Part shown: one piece after another, positions 7,702-18,295 of the stretch
How the letters are laid out: each line of letters begins with the position of its first letter
Position numbering within the stretch: position 1 is the stretch's first letter
Origin: Psychrobacter sp. DM4
GTDB lineage: Bacteria; Pseudomonadota; Gammaproteobacteria; Pseudomonadales; Moraxellaceae
Length of the DNA stretch: 32,000 nucleotides
Assembly: GCF_051307035.1 (NCBI RefSeq)
Contig: NZ_CP195536.1
Span: forward strand, 840,001-872,000
Direction of reading: 5' to 3'
The notes under the pieces: model-generated
Told to the model about the DNA's origin: nothing
The model's input: only the letters and a program-made list of their open reading frames with translations
The model's database searches: none
Translations under genes and position numbers: made by a program

Positions 7702-9687
7702 TTAGTCGACAACGCCTGCTGAGACCTCAATTGCTTGCGCTTCTAGTAATGCGGTTAGCTCAGCTTCTTGTTGTCGTAGTAAGTCACGCGCCGCTTTTTC
7801 TATCGCTTTTTGATGTTTGATTACTTTTAATTCATCAGCAGTTGGCGGCAAAATAGGATTTTTCTTGCGCTCCATAACCCAGTAATCAAATAGGGCACGG
7901 CCAATGGGAGCTGCTACTGTACTACCGCCGCCGCCGTTTTCGACTAGCACTGATAGTGCGATGGAGGGCTCTTCTACGGGGGCAAATCCTGTAAACCAAG
8001 CGTGATCCCAGTGGCGTTTGTCCAATGTAGACTTGTCATAGCTTTTGCCCTGCGCAATAGACTTGACCTGCGCGGTACCCGTTTTGCCTGCAATACGATA
8101 GTTTTTGGTAAAGATGCCACGAGCCGTGCCTTTTTGTACAGTATCTTCCATGGCATTGTGCATCAAGAGCCAGTCAGAAGGTTTGCCATTATAATCAATC
8201 TTGCCATCTGGCTTTTCGATAACCTTAACGCTAGCGGCGCCGTCACTACGCTTTAATAAGTGCGGGGTAATATGATAGCCTTTGCTCGCAGTAATAGCCG
8301 TCGCAGTCGCCACTTGTAAGGGTGTTGCCAAAAAGTATCCTTGACCAATACTGACCGAAATGGTCTCACCAGGGAGCCAGTTTTTGCCATAGGTCTCTTG
8401 CTTCCACTTTGGTGAGGGCATAATGCCAGATTTTTCGTGAGGCAGATCGATACCTGTCTTTTTACCAAACCCAAAGCGGCTCATCCAATCGTGCAGGCGC
8501 TGAATACCCATCTCATAAGCTAACTTATAATAGTACGTATCAACCGACATCATAATGGATTTTTTTAGATCAACAGTGCCATGACCGCCGCGCTTCCAGT
8601 CACGAAATCGATGCGAGTCTCCAGGTAAGCTAAAATAGCCAGGGTCATAGATGGTGGTGCTCCAATCACGTAAACCGTAATGAATACCGCCAAGTCCTTC
8701 AAAGGGTTTTATCGTTGACGCTGGCGGATACATCCCTTGCAAAGCGCGGTTATATAAGGGCTGGTCGATATCATCACGTAGCGCCCCGTAGTCAGCAAAG
8801 GAGATACCTGAGATAAAGGGGTTTGGGTCATAGCTTGGATTGCTCACAAAAGCCAATACATCGCCGTTACTCGGATCTATCGCGACGATAGCGCCGCGTC
8901 GTCCGTCAAGCTGCTGCTGAGCGATAGTTTGCAAGCCATAATCTAAGCTCAAGGTAATATCGTTACCTGCAACGGGCGGCTTGAATTCAAGCTGACGCAA
9001 AACATCGCCGTGAGCATCAGTTTCAACCGACTGATAGCCGGGCTGACCGAGCAAAATATTCTCGTAATGATCCTCTATACCGATCTTGCCAATTAGATCA
9101 GTACCAGCATAGCGCTCTTTATCAATCCGTTTGCTTTCTTTGTCGTTGATACGCCCCACATAACCGATCACATGAGCAAACAATTCGTCATAGGGATAAG
9201 TGCGGGTCAATCTGCTTTGGATAGTTACACCGCGAAAAAAGGGTTTTCGCTCACTAAACTGCGCCAATTGCGCCTCTGTTAAGTCAATTTTGATCGTGAC
9301 AGGATCGTTTTTGTTTTTGCTAAGCCGCGCCAATATATCTGTGATATCGACATCAGTCAGATCAAAAATAGGCGCAAGCAAGGTTAAGGTGCGTTCTGGG
9401 TTTGTGACCTCATCAGGGCTTAGCATCGCGGTAAATACAGGCTTGTTATCTGCTAGCAAAATACCATTGCGATCGTAAATATAACCTCGGCTTGGCGGCG
9501 CTGATATTAATTTAATACGGTTATTATCTGCTTGGGTCATGTACTGATCATGGGCGTACACTTGCAAGTAACCGTAACGCAGTAATAAACCACTCAAACC
9601 CACAAAAATAAGCAAACCAAAAATAAGTATGCGCCGCATAAAAATACGGTTAATTTGTTCAGTATCAGGTGAGAGCATTTTATTCAT
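7702..9687 (-). CDS. mrdA: Penicillin-binding protein 2 (elongasome transpeptidase)
   Basis: Has an N-terminal TM anchor and a PBP dimerisation region. Transpeptidase motifs are STIKP (SxxK) and KTGTAQ (KTG). The ORF track starts at TTG 9720. ATG at 9687 (MNKMLSPD...) is preferred, but the start remains uncertain. Confidence 0.92.
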   Translation of the reverse strand: MNKMLSPDTEQINRIFMRRILIFGLLIFVGLSGLLLRYGYLQVYAHDQYMTQADNNRIKLISAPPSRGYIYDRNGILLADNKPVFTAMLSPDEVTNPERTLTLLAPIFDLTDVDITDILARLSKNKNDPVTIKIDLTEAQLAQFSERKPFFRGVTIQSRLTRTYPYDELFAHVIGYVGRINDKESKRIDKERYAGTDLIGKIGIEDHYENILLGQPGYQSVETDAHGDVLRQLEFKPPVAGNDITLSLDYGLQTIAQQQLDGRRGAIVAIDPSNGDVLAFVSNPSYDPNPFISGISFADYGALRDDIDQPLYNRALQGMYPPASTIKPFEGLGGIHYGLRDWSTTIYDPGYFSLPGDSHRFRDWKRGGHGTVDLKKSIMMSVDTYYYKLAYEMGIQRLHDWMSRFGFGKKTGIDLPHEKSGIMPSPKWKQETYGKNWLPGETISVSIGQGYFLATPLQVATATAITASKGYHITPHLLKRSDGAASVKVIEKPDGKIDYNGKPSDWLLMHNAMEDTVQKGTARGIFTKNYRIAGKTGTAQVKSIAQGKSYDKSTLDKRHWDHAWFTGFAPVEEPSIALSVLVENGGGGSTVAAPIGRALFDYWVMERKKNPILPPTADELKVIKHQKAIEKAARDLLRQQEAELTALLEAQAIEVSAGVVD

Positions 9688-10155
9688 AGAAAATGAGTAC
9701 TTAATAATCAAGACAAGCAAGCGTAATTAGGAGAAACTAAAAAAGACAGAGATTATGAAAAACTTTGATAATATTAGCAATAGATTCAAAAGCATAGCAT
9801 AAGGGTGGCTCATCAGCGAGCAGTCGAGTAAATGTTAATAAACACCGAAAGATTATAACAGAACCCCACTGTAAAAGCAGAGTTGACATCATTGCTCACG
9901 ATTTTGTTTTTGACTTGTTTTGACCCGCAAGTTATGGGGCATCACAGGTCGATTACAATCGTCTGCGTCGCGCAAAGTGTGTCACCTTTAGTCACAACTA
10001 AGACCTGCGCTATCAGTGCTAATAAATAGCAAGTATGCTAAAATCAGGCCATTTGTTTATCATCATTTGCTGGTTATAGACCACTTCTCGGACTTGACCA
10101 TAATAAGCTAAAACCATTCACCTTGATATTGGTGACGCTAGGGACACAAAGACTT

Positions 10156-11487
10156 ATGGTCGCAATTTCATTATGGCAGACGATCGTCGAGCATCCCCAG
10201 TTTTTTGCCATGCTGACTATTCCGCCTGTGACCGCATTTGTCACATGGATACATGTGTGGATGGCACTAAAGATGCTGTTTTATCCCATCAAGTTTCGGG
10301 GTATTAGGATTCCTAATTTTCCATTTTTTGGATTACCGGGTATTGGCTGGCAGGGCATTGTTCCGCGAAAGGCGGGTAAAATATCTGGTGTTATCGTTGA
10401 TCAGACGCTCTCAAAACTTGGTTCTCTCGACGAGTTTTTTCAGGCGATGGAGCCTGAGCAGATGGCGGTGTTTATCACTGAGACTGTCGATGAGCACTTA
10501 GAGACGCTAATCGATGAGATCATGCTTGAGCACTCACCTGGGCTCTGGGGCAACTTGCCTTATGCACTCAAGCGCCGCATCTATAGCCAAGCACACAAAG
10601 AGCTGCCCGAGATCATGCAATCTTTGGTAACTGATCTGACTTATCATGTCGAAGACTTGGTCGATATGCGTCAGATGATCGTCAACAAGATGGAAAGTGA
10701 TCGGCGTTTGATGGTCAATATGTTCTTAAGGGTTGGTCAAAAAGAGATCGATTTTATCTGGCATATTAGTGCTTTGATTGGACTGATCTTCGGTGTGATT
10801 CAGATGTTTATCTTTTTGGTCGTGCCGCAGCATTGGACCGTACCTTTCTTTGCCGCAATATGGGGATTTTTGACCAATTGGATTGCAATTTGGATGGTGT
10901 TTAACCCCGTTGAGCCGCATTTTATACCCTATATCAAGGTGTTTGAGCGCACAAAGGGTTTTCCCTTTATCAAACCACGTATACCGCATATCGCTCAGTT
11001 CCGCTTTCAGGGCGGCTTTATGAAGCGTCAAGAAGAAGTGTCAGAAGTGTTCGCTGAGATTGTCGTTAGTGATCTGGTGACGCTTGAAAATATTATGAAT
11101 GAGATGATGTATGGCGCACGTGCGGCGCAAACGCGCGAGCTGATGAAGTCGCACCTGTATCAGATCTTGGAGTCGCCTGTGGTCAGCACTACATTACGTG
11201 TGAGCCTTGGTCGCCGTGATTTCGGACAGCTAAAGAATACGATTATTGATAAATCCATTACCGCAACGATGGTGCCACTACGTGATCCTGAACTCAATGA
11301 GAGCCGAGCCAGTAAGATATTCGGTCTGTTTCGTGACCGTATTCGAGAGCTATCACCGAATGAATTTCAGAACTTACTGCGTCCTGCATTCCAAGAAGAT
11401 GAGACTACGCTAATTGTATTAGGAGGTCTGACGGGATTTGTAGCGGGTTGGCTACATCTTGTTTTGGTGTTTTTTCCCTCAATGTAA
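10156..11487 (+). CDS. Membrane protein, DUF445/UPF0754-like
   Basis: Hydrophobic N- and C-terminal segments flank a large soluble helical region. GIGWQGIVPRKAGKISGVIVDQTL resembles the DUF445 signature. The ORF track starts at TTG 10123. ATG 10156 is preceded by AGGGA; ATG 10210 is an alternative start. Confidence 0.7.
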   Translation: MVAISLWQTIVEHPQFFAMLTIPPVTAFVTWIHVWMALKMLFYPIKFRGIRIPNFPFFGLPGIGWQGIVPRKAGKISGVIVDQTLSKLGSLDEFFQAMEPEQMAVFITETVDEHLETLIDEIMLEHSPGLWGNLPYALKRRIYSQAHKELPEIMQSLVTDLTYHVEDLVDMRQMIVNKMESDRRLMVNMFLRVGQKEIDFIWHISALIGLIFGVIQMFIFLVVPQHWTVPFFAAIWGFLTNWIAIWMVFNPVEPHFIPYIKVFERTKGFPFIKPRIPHIAQFRFQGGFMKRQEEVSEVFAEIVVSDLVTLENIMNEMMYGARAAQTRELMKSHLYQILESPVVSTTLRVSLGRRDFGQLKNTIIDKSITATMVPLRDPELNESRASKIFGLFRDRIRELSPNEFQNLLRPAFQEDETTLIVLGGLTGFVAGWLHLVLVFFPSM

Positions 11488-11578
11488 TGCTTGTTGCCAA
11501 CAATGAGCCTTTTGAGTGTTATTTATTAACACTCTCAGATTATGTAAACCGCCCTTAGGGTAAAAAGGTTAGAGACGT

Positions 11579-13597
11579 ATGTTAATCACAGAATTGGGTT
11601 ATTTTGCTCTGCTGGTTGCTTTTATGCTGGCTATTTTGCAAGTCGTACTACCAACTATTGGTGTTATGCGCAATATCGTTGCGTGGCAGCGTCTAGCGCC
11701 AAGTCTAGCATGGGCACAGTTTGGCGCAATGATTACCTCGTTTGCCGCTTTGATGGCAGGGTTTTATTACAACGATTTTAGCCTCGTTTATGTGACGCAG
11801 CACTCCAATACTCTATTGCCTTGGTACTATAAGTTATCTGCGACATGGGGCGGTCATGAAGGCTCGCTACTGCTGTGGATGACTATTATGGCGACTTGGT
11901 GCGCGTTAGTGTCCTATTTTAGTCGCGGTCTGCCCTTGTCGATGCGCGCGCGCGTACTGATTATTTTGGCGGGCGTGCAGATGATGATGCTGGCGATGAT
12001 GATCTTTACCTCATCACCGTTTGATCGTACTTTGCCCAATATACCGGTAGATGGGGCAGATCTAAACCCAGTGTTGCAAGATTTTGGTCTGATTATTCAT
12101 CCGCCTATGCTGTACATGGGCTATGTGGGTATGGTTGTACCATTTGCCTTTTGTATGGCAGCACTGTGGGAGGGGCGTTTGGATGCGGTATGGACGCGTT
12201 GGTCTCGTCCATGGGCGCTTGCGGCTTGGGGGTTTTTGACTGTTGGTATTGGACTTGGCTCATGGTGGGCCTATTACGAGCTTGGTTGGGGCGGCTGGTG
12301 GTTTTGGGATCCAGTTGAGAACGCCTCATTACTGCCGTGGCTTGCTGGTCTTGCGCTTATCCATTCGCTAGCAGTCACCGAAAAGCGCGGTGTTTTTAAG
12401 GCATGGACGATCATGCTCGCGATCTTTGCTTTTGCACTGAGTTTGCTTGGTACTTTTCTTGTGCGCTCAGGGGTGATTACCTCTGTGCATTCATTCGCCG
12501 CCGATCCTACGCGCGGTCTCGTTATTCTCATTATCTTGGGTATTATTGTCGGTAGCGGGCTACTGATGTTTGCTGTGCGCGGCTGGCGTTTGACAGTCGA
12601 GAGTCAGTATCAGCTAGTTTCGCGGGAATCATTCTTGGTCATCAATAATGTCATTATATTGATTGCAACTTTGGTCGTGTTACTGGGTACGCTGTATCCT
12701 ATTATCGCGGATGCCTTTAATTTAGGTCAAGTCTCAGTAGGCCCTCCTTATTTTAATGCACTATTTGTACCCTTGACGTGGTTATTGCTGATTGCTATGG
12801 GTATGGGATCCAATATCCGCTGGAAGCAGGACAAGCGTCCGCTGTTAGGCGTGGGTATGGTCATAGCGGCTAGCAGTCTGGTATTGGCGGCGATTATTAC
12901 TTACTTTACCAGTCCATCAGCCATGCTCAACATTGGCGTCACACTAGCAGTAAGCTTTTGGGTGCTCTTGTGGATGGTGGTTGATTTTAAAGATAAAACT
13001 AAGAACGCACCGAGCTTCGTTAAGGGTCTACGCCAACTACGCCTCAGCTACTGGGGACAACAAACCGCCCATATTGGTGTGCTTATCGCCGTCATCGGGG
13101 TAGCCTTTACCAGTACCTTGAGTATTGAGCGTGATGTGGCACTCGGACCCAACGATAGCGTCAACGTGCAGGGCTATGATTTTACGGTAAAAGACTTCCG
13201 TGAAGTCAAAGGGAGTAACTTTGATGGGATGCAAGCTGAAGTTGCGGTCACTAAAGACGGCCGCGAAGTCACTACACTTTATCCTGAAAAGCGTACTTAT
13301 ATTATCAGTATGATGCCGATGACTGAGGCCGCTATTGATGCCAATCTTATGCGCGACTTGTACGTAGCGCTGGGCGAGCCTATCTCTGAGGAGAGTAACC
13401 AGTGGGCGATACGTATTTACGTCAAACCGCTCATTCGCTGGATCTGGCTGGGTGCGATTATTATGGCGTTAGGTGGACTTATCAGTATGCTGGATAAACG
13501 CTACCGTCTCAAAAAACCCAAAAAAATAGCTCAGAAAAGGCTAGATACAGATACCTCTGTACGGATTGATTCTCCTGTAATTAATAAGGAGGCTTAA
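11579..13597 (+). CDS. ccmF: Cytochrome c-type biogenesis protein CcmF (System I heme lyase subunit)
   Basis: Polytopic membrane protein carrying the WWD heme-handling motif WGGWWFWDPVENAS. 672 aa. Followed by ccmG/H/I. Confidence 0.95.
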   Translation: MLITELGYFALLVAFMLAILQVVLPTIGVMRNIVAWQRLAPSLAWAQFGAMITSFAALMAGFYYNDFSLVYVTQHSNTLLPWYYKLSATWGGHEGSLLLWMTIMATWCALVSYFSRGLPLSMRARVLIILAGVQMMMLAMMIFTSSPFDRTLPNIPVDGADLNPVLQDFGLIIHPPMLYMGYVGMVVPFAFCMAALWEGRLDAVWTRWSRPWALAAWGFLTVGIGLGSWWAYYELGWGGWWFWDPVENASLLPWLAGLALIHSLAVTEKRGVFKAWTIMLAIFAFALSLLGTFLVRSGVITSVHSFAADPTRGLVILIILGIIVGSGLLMFAVRGWRLTVESQYQLVSRESFLVINNVIILIATLVVLLGTLYPIIADAFNLGQVSVGPPYFNALFVPLTWLLLIAMGMGSNIRWKQDKRPLLGVGMVIAASSLVLAAIITYFTSPSAMLNIGVTLAVSFWVLLWMVVDFKDKTKNAPSFVKGLRQLRLSYWGQQTAHIGVLIAVIGVAFTSTLSIERDVALGPNDSVNVQGYDFTVKDFREVKGSNFDGMQAEVAVTKDGREVTTLYPEKRTYIISMMPMTEAAIDANLMRDLYVALGEPISEESNQWAIRIYVKPLIRWIWLGAIIMALGGLISMLDKRYRLKKPKKIAQKRLDTDTSVRIDSPVINKEA

Positions 13598-13598
13598 C

Positions 13599-14282
13599 AT
13601 GAGTACTTCTAATCGTAAGCTTGATAACAATACGCCTGACAGTAGCGCACCTGACAAAAATACATTGACTACGCCTACGACTAGAACCATGAAGAAAAAG
13701 CAGATCAAAATATGGTTCTTGATTCCGCTTATTGTATTCGCAGGTTTTATTATCATGCTCTATATGCGTCTGGGTCAGCCGACAGATATCGTACCCAATA
13801 CTGCGCTTCAGCGCCCCGTGCCAACTTTTGAGCTGCCACTGTTGTCAGATACGACGCGGGTGATGACCAATGCTAATTTGCCAGATCAGCCCTTTTTGAT
13901 TAACGTTTGGGGCTCTTGGTGCCCTACCTGTATCGTTGAGCATCCGTTTTTGATGGAGTTAGAATCGCGTGGAGTCAATATCGTCGGTATTAATTATAAA
14001 GATGAGATCGGCAATGCGCTGAGTTACCTAAACCAGCGCGGCGATCCGTTCTCAATATCTGTGCAAGATTTGTCTGGTCAATTTGCGTTAGATTTGGGCT
14101 TAACGGGTGCGCCTGAAACTTTTATCGTCGATGGAGAAGGGGTGATTCGCCAGCATATCATTGGTGAGATTAATGAGACCAATTGGCAGGCACGTATTAT
14201 ACCATGTCTTATGGTACTCAATGAAGCCAATGAGGCCGCCAGCACACTAGATTCGGTTCAGGTTGAGGAGGCTTGCCAATGA
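13599..14282 (+). CDS. ccmG: Thiol:disulfide interchange protein DsbE/CcmG
   Basis: Thioredoxin motif WGSWCPTC plus GAPETF. A strong RBS AAGGAGG (13586-13592) sits 6 nt before the ATG. There is a ~30-aa polar extension before the TM anchor. Confidence 0.93.
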   Translation: MSTSNRKLDNNTPDSSAPDKNTLTTPTTRTMKKKQIKIWFLIPLIVFAGFIIMLYMRLGQPTDIVPNTALQRPVPTFELPLLSDTTRVMTNANLPDQPFLINVWGSWCPTCIVEHPFLMELESRGVNIVGINYKDEIGNALSYLNQRGDPFSISVQDLSGQFALDLGLTGAPETFIVDGEGVIRQHIIGEINETNWQARIIPCLMVLNEANEAASTLDSVQVEEACQ

Positions 14283-14881
14283 TCACTCATATCACTCACG
14301 ATACCTCTAGTAAGACCATTATGAGTCAATCTATTATTAGCAGAATAGTCATAAGGCTGGCAGGCGTAATGCTCGCGTGCTTGCTTGGAATAACTGCCCA
14401 TGCGGCAATCGATGTTTATGACTTTGACTCAGTGCAACAAGAAGCGCAGTACCGAGGTCTGATCGAAGAGCTGCGCTGCCCTAAATGTCAGAACCAAAAT
14501 CTGGCGGGATCTGATGCGCCTATTGCTCAAGACTTAAAACAAAAAATTTATGATATGGTCAAAGACGGTCGTAGTGACGGCGAGATTCGCGTTTATATGC
14601 AAGAGCGCTATGGCGACTTTATCAGTTACAAGCCGCCTGTACGTCCCTCGACTTGGATACTATGGTTCTTTCCGCCATTACTACTCATCTTATTAATTGG
14701 CGGTTGGTTTTGGCAGAGTCGCCGCCGTCAGATCGTTGCTCGTGGTCAGGCAGGCGTTACTTCCATTTATACAGAGTCTCTAAGCGCAGCAGAAAAAGCG
14801 GAGTTAGAGCGTTTGCTATCAAGTAGCGATACGCACGCGACAATAGACCATGACCTCACAAGCATAAAGGATAAAAAATGA
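14279..14881 (+). CDS. ccmH: Cytochrome c-type biogenesis protein CcmH
   Basis: LRCPKCQNQ (LRCxxC) motif, a signal peptide and a C-terminal TM segment. The ATG overlaps the ccmG stop (ATGA) and follows GAGGAG. The ORF track begins at TTG 14273. Confidence 0.9.
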   Translation: MITHITHDTSSKTIMSQSIISRIVIRLAGVMLACLLGITAHAAIDVYDFDSVQQEAQYRGLIEELRCPKCQNQNLAGSDAPIAQDLKQKIYDMVKDGRSDGEIRVYMQERYGDFISYKPPVRPSTWILWFFPPLLLILLIGGWFWQSRRRQIVARGQAGVTSIYTESLSAAEKAELERLLSSSDTHATIDHDLTSIKDKK

Positions 14882-16158
14882 CCTCATTTTCTACTTTTGG
14901 CTTATTTATTGCCCTAAGCTTACTTATTAGTTTGATATTGGCAGTCATCGTCATTATGCCTTGGCTAAAGGCTGCTCGCAGACCTGATAAACCGGTAGAC
15001 AACCAGCTGCTCGATATCAACGTTGCTGTGTTCCGCGCGCGTCTCGCTGAGCTACAAATGGACAAAGATAGCGGCGTCATTGATGACACGCATTATCAAA
15101 ACCAAAAGCTTGAGCTTGAGCGCCAGTTATTAGATGCGCAGCGTGAAGTTACGCTAATGGTGGTACCTGGTGTCAAAAGCCGTCTTATTGTAATGATATG
15201 GGTCCCTGTACTGGCAGCGTTAGCCTATCTATTGATTGGCGATCGTACGCCTGTCTTTACGCTTTGGGCAAGTGAGGACAAGGTAGGGCAAGTGGCTGAT
15301 GACCTATTGACAGGCAGAATCGATCAGCCGCCCGCGTGGGCGATTGAGGATGGTAATCAGCTAATCAGTGCGATGCAGACTAATGTACACCGTCATGCCG
15401 ATGACCCCAATCGCTGGATGCGCTTGTCTGAGCTGTTTTTATCATTGGAGGCGACGCCTTCAGCGATAGAAGCCTTGGCGCGTGCGTATCGCTTGTCTCC
15501 AGACAACGAAGAGATCGCTACTACTTATGCGCAGATTAGTTTTTTTGCCAATGAAGGTCAGCTCAATGTGGATAGCCGCCGTGTGCTAGAAGATCTGTTG
15601 GTCAAGAATCCACAACATGAGGGCGCGCAGATGCTCATGGCAATGGGTGAAGCGCGAAGCAGTAATTTTGAAGCGGCACAAGGCTGGATCAGTCGTCTAC
15701 GCGGTAGCATCGCCGCTAAGCCTGGCGATCATACGCAAGCGCTGGCAAGTTTAGATGAGCTAAGCGCCAACGTGAACGCGCAGCAACAGCAAGCCGCTCA
15801 AGGTATTGATGTAACCGTAACGGTCAATAGCAGTTTGCTACCGCTGATTAAGGGTGATGACGTTTTATTCGTCGCTATTCGTGATGTCAATGGCGGTCCA
15901 CCGTTCGCCGCCAAGCGCTTGCCTATAAGCGTCATCAAGCAAGCAGAGGCAAATATAAGCCTCAGTGATCTTGATGCTATGATGCCTGAGCGTACGCTGG
16001 CGCAGGCACGAGCGGACAAAGTCCAATTGGCAGTCGTGGCGCGCATTAGCCACAGCGGTAACGCTATCGCAGAATCAGGTGATTTGTCTGGTAATCCTGT
16101 GGTCGTTAGTAGTGAGCAAAATCAGGTTAATGTCGCGATTAATCAGCAGGTACCTTGA
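14878..16158 (+). CDS. ccmI: Cytochrome c-type biogenesis protein CcmI/CycH (TPR-containing)
   Basis: ATGA overlap with ccmH. Two N-terminal TM segments, then TPR-like repeats (ALARAYRLSPDNEE..., LLVKNPQHEGAQMLMAMG). Confidence 0.85.
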   Translation: MTSFSTFGLFIALSLLISLILAVIVIMPWLKAARRPDKPVDNQLLDINVAVFRARLAELQMDKDSGVIDDTHYQNQKLELERQLLDAQREVTLMVVPGVKSRLIVMIWVPVLAALAYLLIGDRTPVFTLWASEDKVGQVADDLLTGRIDQPPAWAIEDGNQLISAMQTNVHRHADDPNRWMRLSELFLSLEATPSAIEALARAYRLSPDNEEIATTYAQISFFANEGQLNVDSRRVLEDLLVKNPQHEGAQMLMAMGEARSSNFEAAQGWISRLRGSIAAKPGDHTQALASLDELSANVNAQQQQAAQGIDVTVTVNSSLLPLIKGDDVLFVAIRDVNGGPPFAAKRLPISVIKQAEANISLSDLDAMMPERTLAQARADKVQLAVVARISHSGNAIAESGDLSGNPVVVSSEQNQVNVAINQQVP

Positions 16159-16312
16159 CGACTACAAAAGACGTTGCTTCAGCGTCAGCTAGCCTGCGCT
16201 ATAATGGCGTGCAATAGCGTTATATGAACAGTTAAGTCATCGCAATTAATGACTAAGCCATGAAAATACTTGAGCTTTGCAAAGCCACAAGGTAAGGTGA
16301 GCTTGCAATTAA

Positions 16313-17032
<720 letters not shown>

Positions 17033-17062
17033 TATTAATACAAAGCTAGCTTTTAAGATAAA

Positions 17063-17092
17063 GACCTCGACTAATCTAGTCGGGGCTTTTTT
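17063..17092 (+). terminator. Rho-independent terminator of adk
   Basis: CCTCGACTA-ATC-TAGTCGGGG stem (one G.U pair) followed by CTTTTTT. Confidence 0.8.
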
Positions 17093-17118
17093 GTATTAAT
17101 TTTTAGTACTTCAAAGAC

Positions 17119-17150
17119 AAAAAAACCGCCAACTCAAAAAGAAGGCGGTC
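17119..17150 (-). terminator. Rho-independent terminator of secB
   Basis: On the minus strand: GACCGCC - 13-nt loop - GGCGGT followed by TTTTTTT. Confidence 0.75.
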
Positions 17151-17179
17151 TTTGCATGATAAGCACTTAACAATAAAAC

Positions 17180-17641
17180 CTAAGCGTTACCTTGGGCATC
17201 TACTTGTGCTTGCTGACCTTGTTGCTGGCTTTGCGCATAAGCTTGATCGAAGTTGACTGGGGCAAGCAACAACTGCGGGAAGCTACCACGAGTCACGATA
17301 TCACTGATGACTTCACGAGCATAAGGGAATAGAACATTAGGGCAATACGCGCCTAAAATCTGACCGATTTGATCTTCAGGAATATTCTTTAATAAGAAGA
17401 TACCCGCTTGATGAACTTCAGCGATAAAAGCGGGCTCATCGGCATTTTTTGCATTGACGCTAACGGTCAAAATAACTTGATAATGATCGTCATCAAGCTT
17501 TTCAGCGTTACTTGATAAATTGATATCCAGCTCAGGATTCCACTCTTTGGTAAAGACGCCCGCGCCTGGTACTTCAAGTGACATATCTTTGATATAGATA
17601 CGCTCTAATGCTAACTGCGGTTGTGCTTGTTCTTCAGCCAT
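17180..17641 (-). CDS. secB: Protein-export chaperone SecB
   Basis: [19 protein letters not shown] ... [10 protein letters not shown] ... [15 protein letters not shown] matches SecB. ATG 17641 follows AAGGAA. The ORF track starts at TTG 17668. Confidence 0.95.
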   Translation of the reverse strand: MAEEQAQPQLALERIYIKDMSLEVPGAGVFTKEWNPELDINLSSNAEKLDDDHYQVILTVSVNAKNADEPAFIAEVHQAGIFLLKNIPEDQIGQILGAYCPNVLFPYAREVISDIVTRGSFPQLLLAPVNFDQAYAQSQQQGQQAQVDAQGNA

Positions 17642-17742
17642 GATGATTCCTTTATTAAAATGGGACAAAATATAGTCGTTCTAATCGGCACAAAAATGCC
17701 GTCAAATCTACTAAATGAACAGATAAGAAGTAATATAACAGA

Positions 17743-18006
17743 TTATCCAGCTAGTAGCTCATCGAGCTTGCCTTGCTGGTTAAGCTGATTAAGCTCAGTA
17801 AAGCCACCCACAAAAGTGTCACCGACAAATATTTGCGGTACTGTGCGATAGTTTTTGGTTTTTTGCATCAAAGCGCGGCGCTCATCACTGCTCATGTCAT
17901 GCATACCAATCTCTTCAAAACTAACGCCTTTAGATTTTAGTAGTTGTTTGGCGTTAGTGCAATACGGACAAATCGGAGTAGTATAAACTTTAACAGGTAC
18001 AGTCAT
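17743..18006 (-). CDS. grxC: Glutaredoxin 3
   Basis: 87 aa with the CPYC active site, TVPQIF and GG motifs. The position between the rhodanese gene and secB matches the E. coli yibN-grxC-secB order. Confidence 0.95.
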   Translation of the reverse strand: MTVPVKVYTTPICPYCTNAKQLLKSKGVSFEEIGMHDMSSDERRALMQKTKNYRTVPQIFVGDTFVGGFTELNQLNQQGKLDELLAG

Positions 18007-18048
18007 TATGGTTCTTCCTTAATAGTTATCGATATAAAATGATAAGTC

Positions 18049-18082
18049 GCAACTTATAGACAAAAGCTGCAACTCATAGACA
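18049..18082. promoter_or_regulatory. Direct repeats GCAACTTATAGACA / GCAACTCATAGACA (20-bp phasing) upstream of grxC; candidate regulator site
   Basis: Copies at 18049-18062 and 18069-18082 match at 13 of 14 positions. A third TAGACA follows at about 18092-18097. They lie 43-90 bp upstream of the grxC start. Confidence 0.3.
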
Positions 18083-18295
18083 TGAATAGTGTAGACAGTC
18101 GTATTATCGGTTGCCAATCAGTTAATGACAATCATAACTTAAATTATCTTCATCTATAGGATGGGGCTTGGCCTGACAAAATCAAGTTATGAGAGCTTAA
18201 AGCATCTTACTGTTATCACTCAAGTATAAAACGGCGCATAAAAAAACACCATATTGCTATGATGTCTGCTTCGCGAGTATATAGAGCTATACCTA

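Noticed and set aside
9688-9720. N-terminal extensions in the ORF track that begin at TTG or GTG. These affect mrdA (9720), the DUF445-like gene (10123), ccmH (14273), adk (16331), secB (17668), the rhodanese gene (18802), glnS (22608) and the aminotransferase (459).
   Set aside because: The extensions add residues with no similarity to the known N-termini of these families. Better-placed ATG codons, often with Shine-Dalgarno sequences, lie just downstream.
11579-16158. ccmFGHI cluster lacking adjacent ccmABCDE, considered as a possible anomaly.
   Set aside because: Split System I loci (ccmABCDE apart from ccmFGHI/cycHJKL) are well known in several proteobacteria. All four genes here look intact and translationally coupled, so this is not novel.
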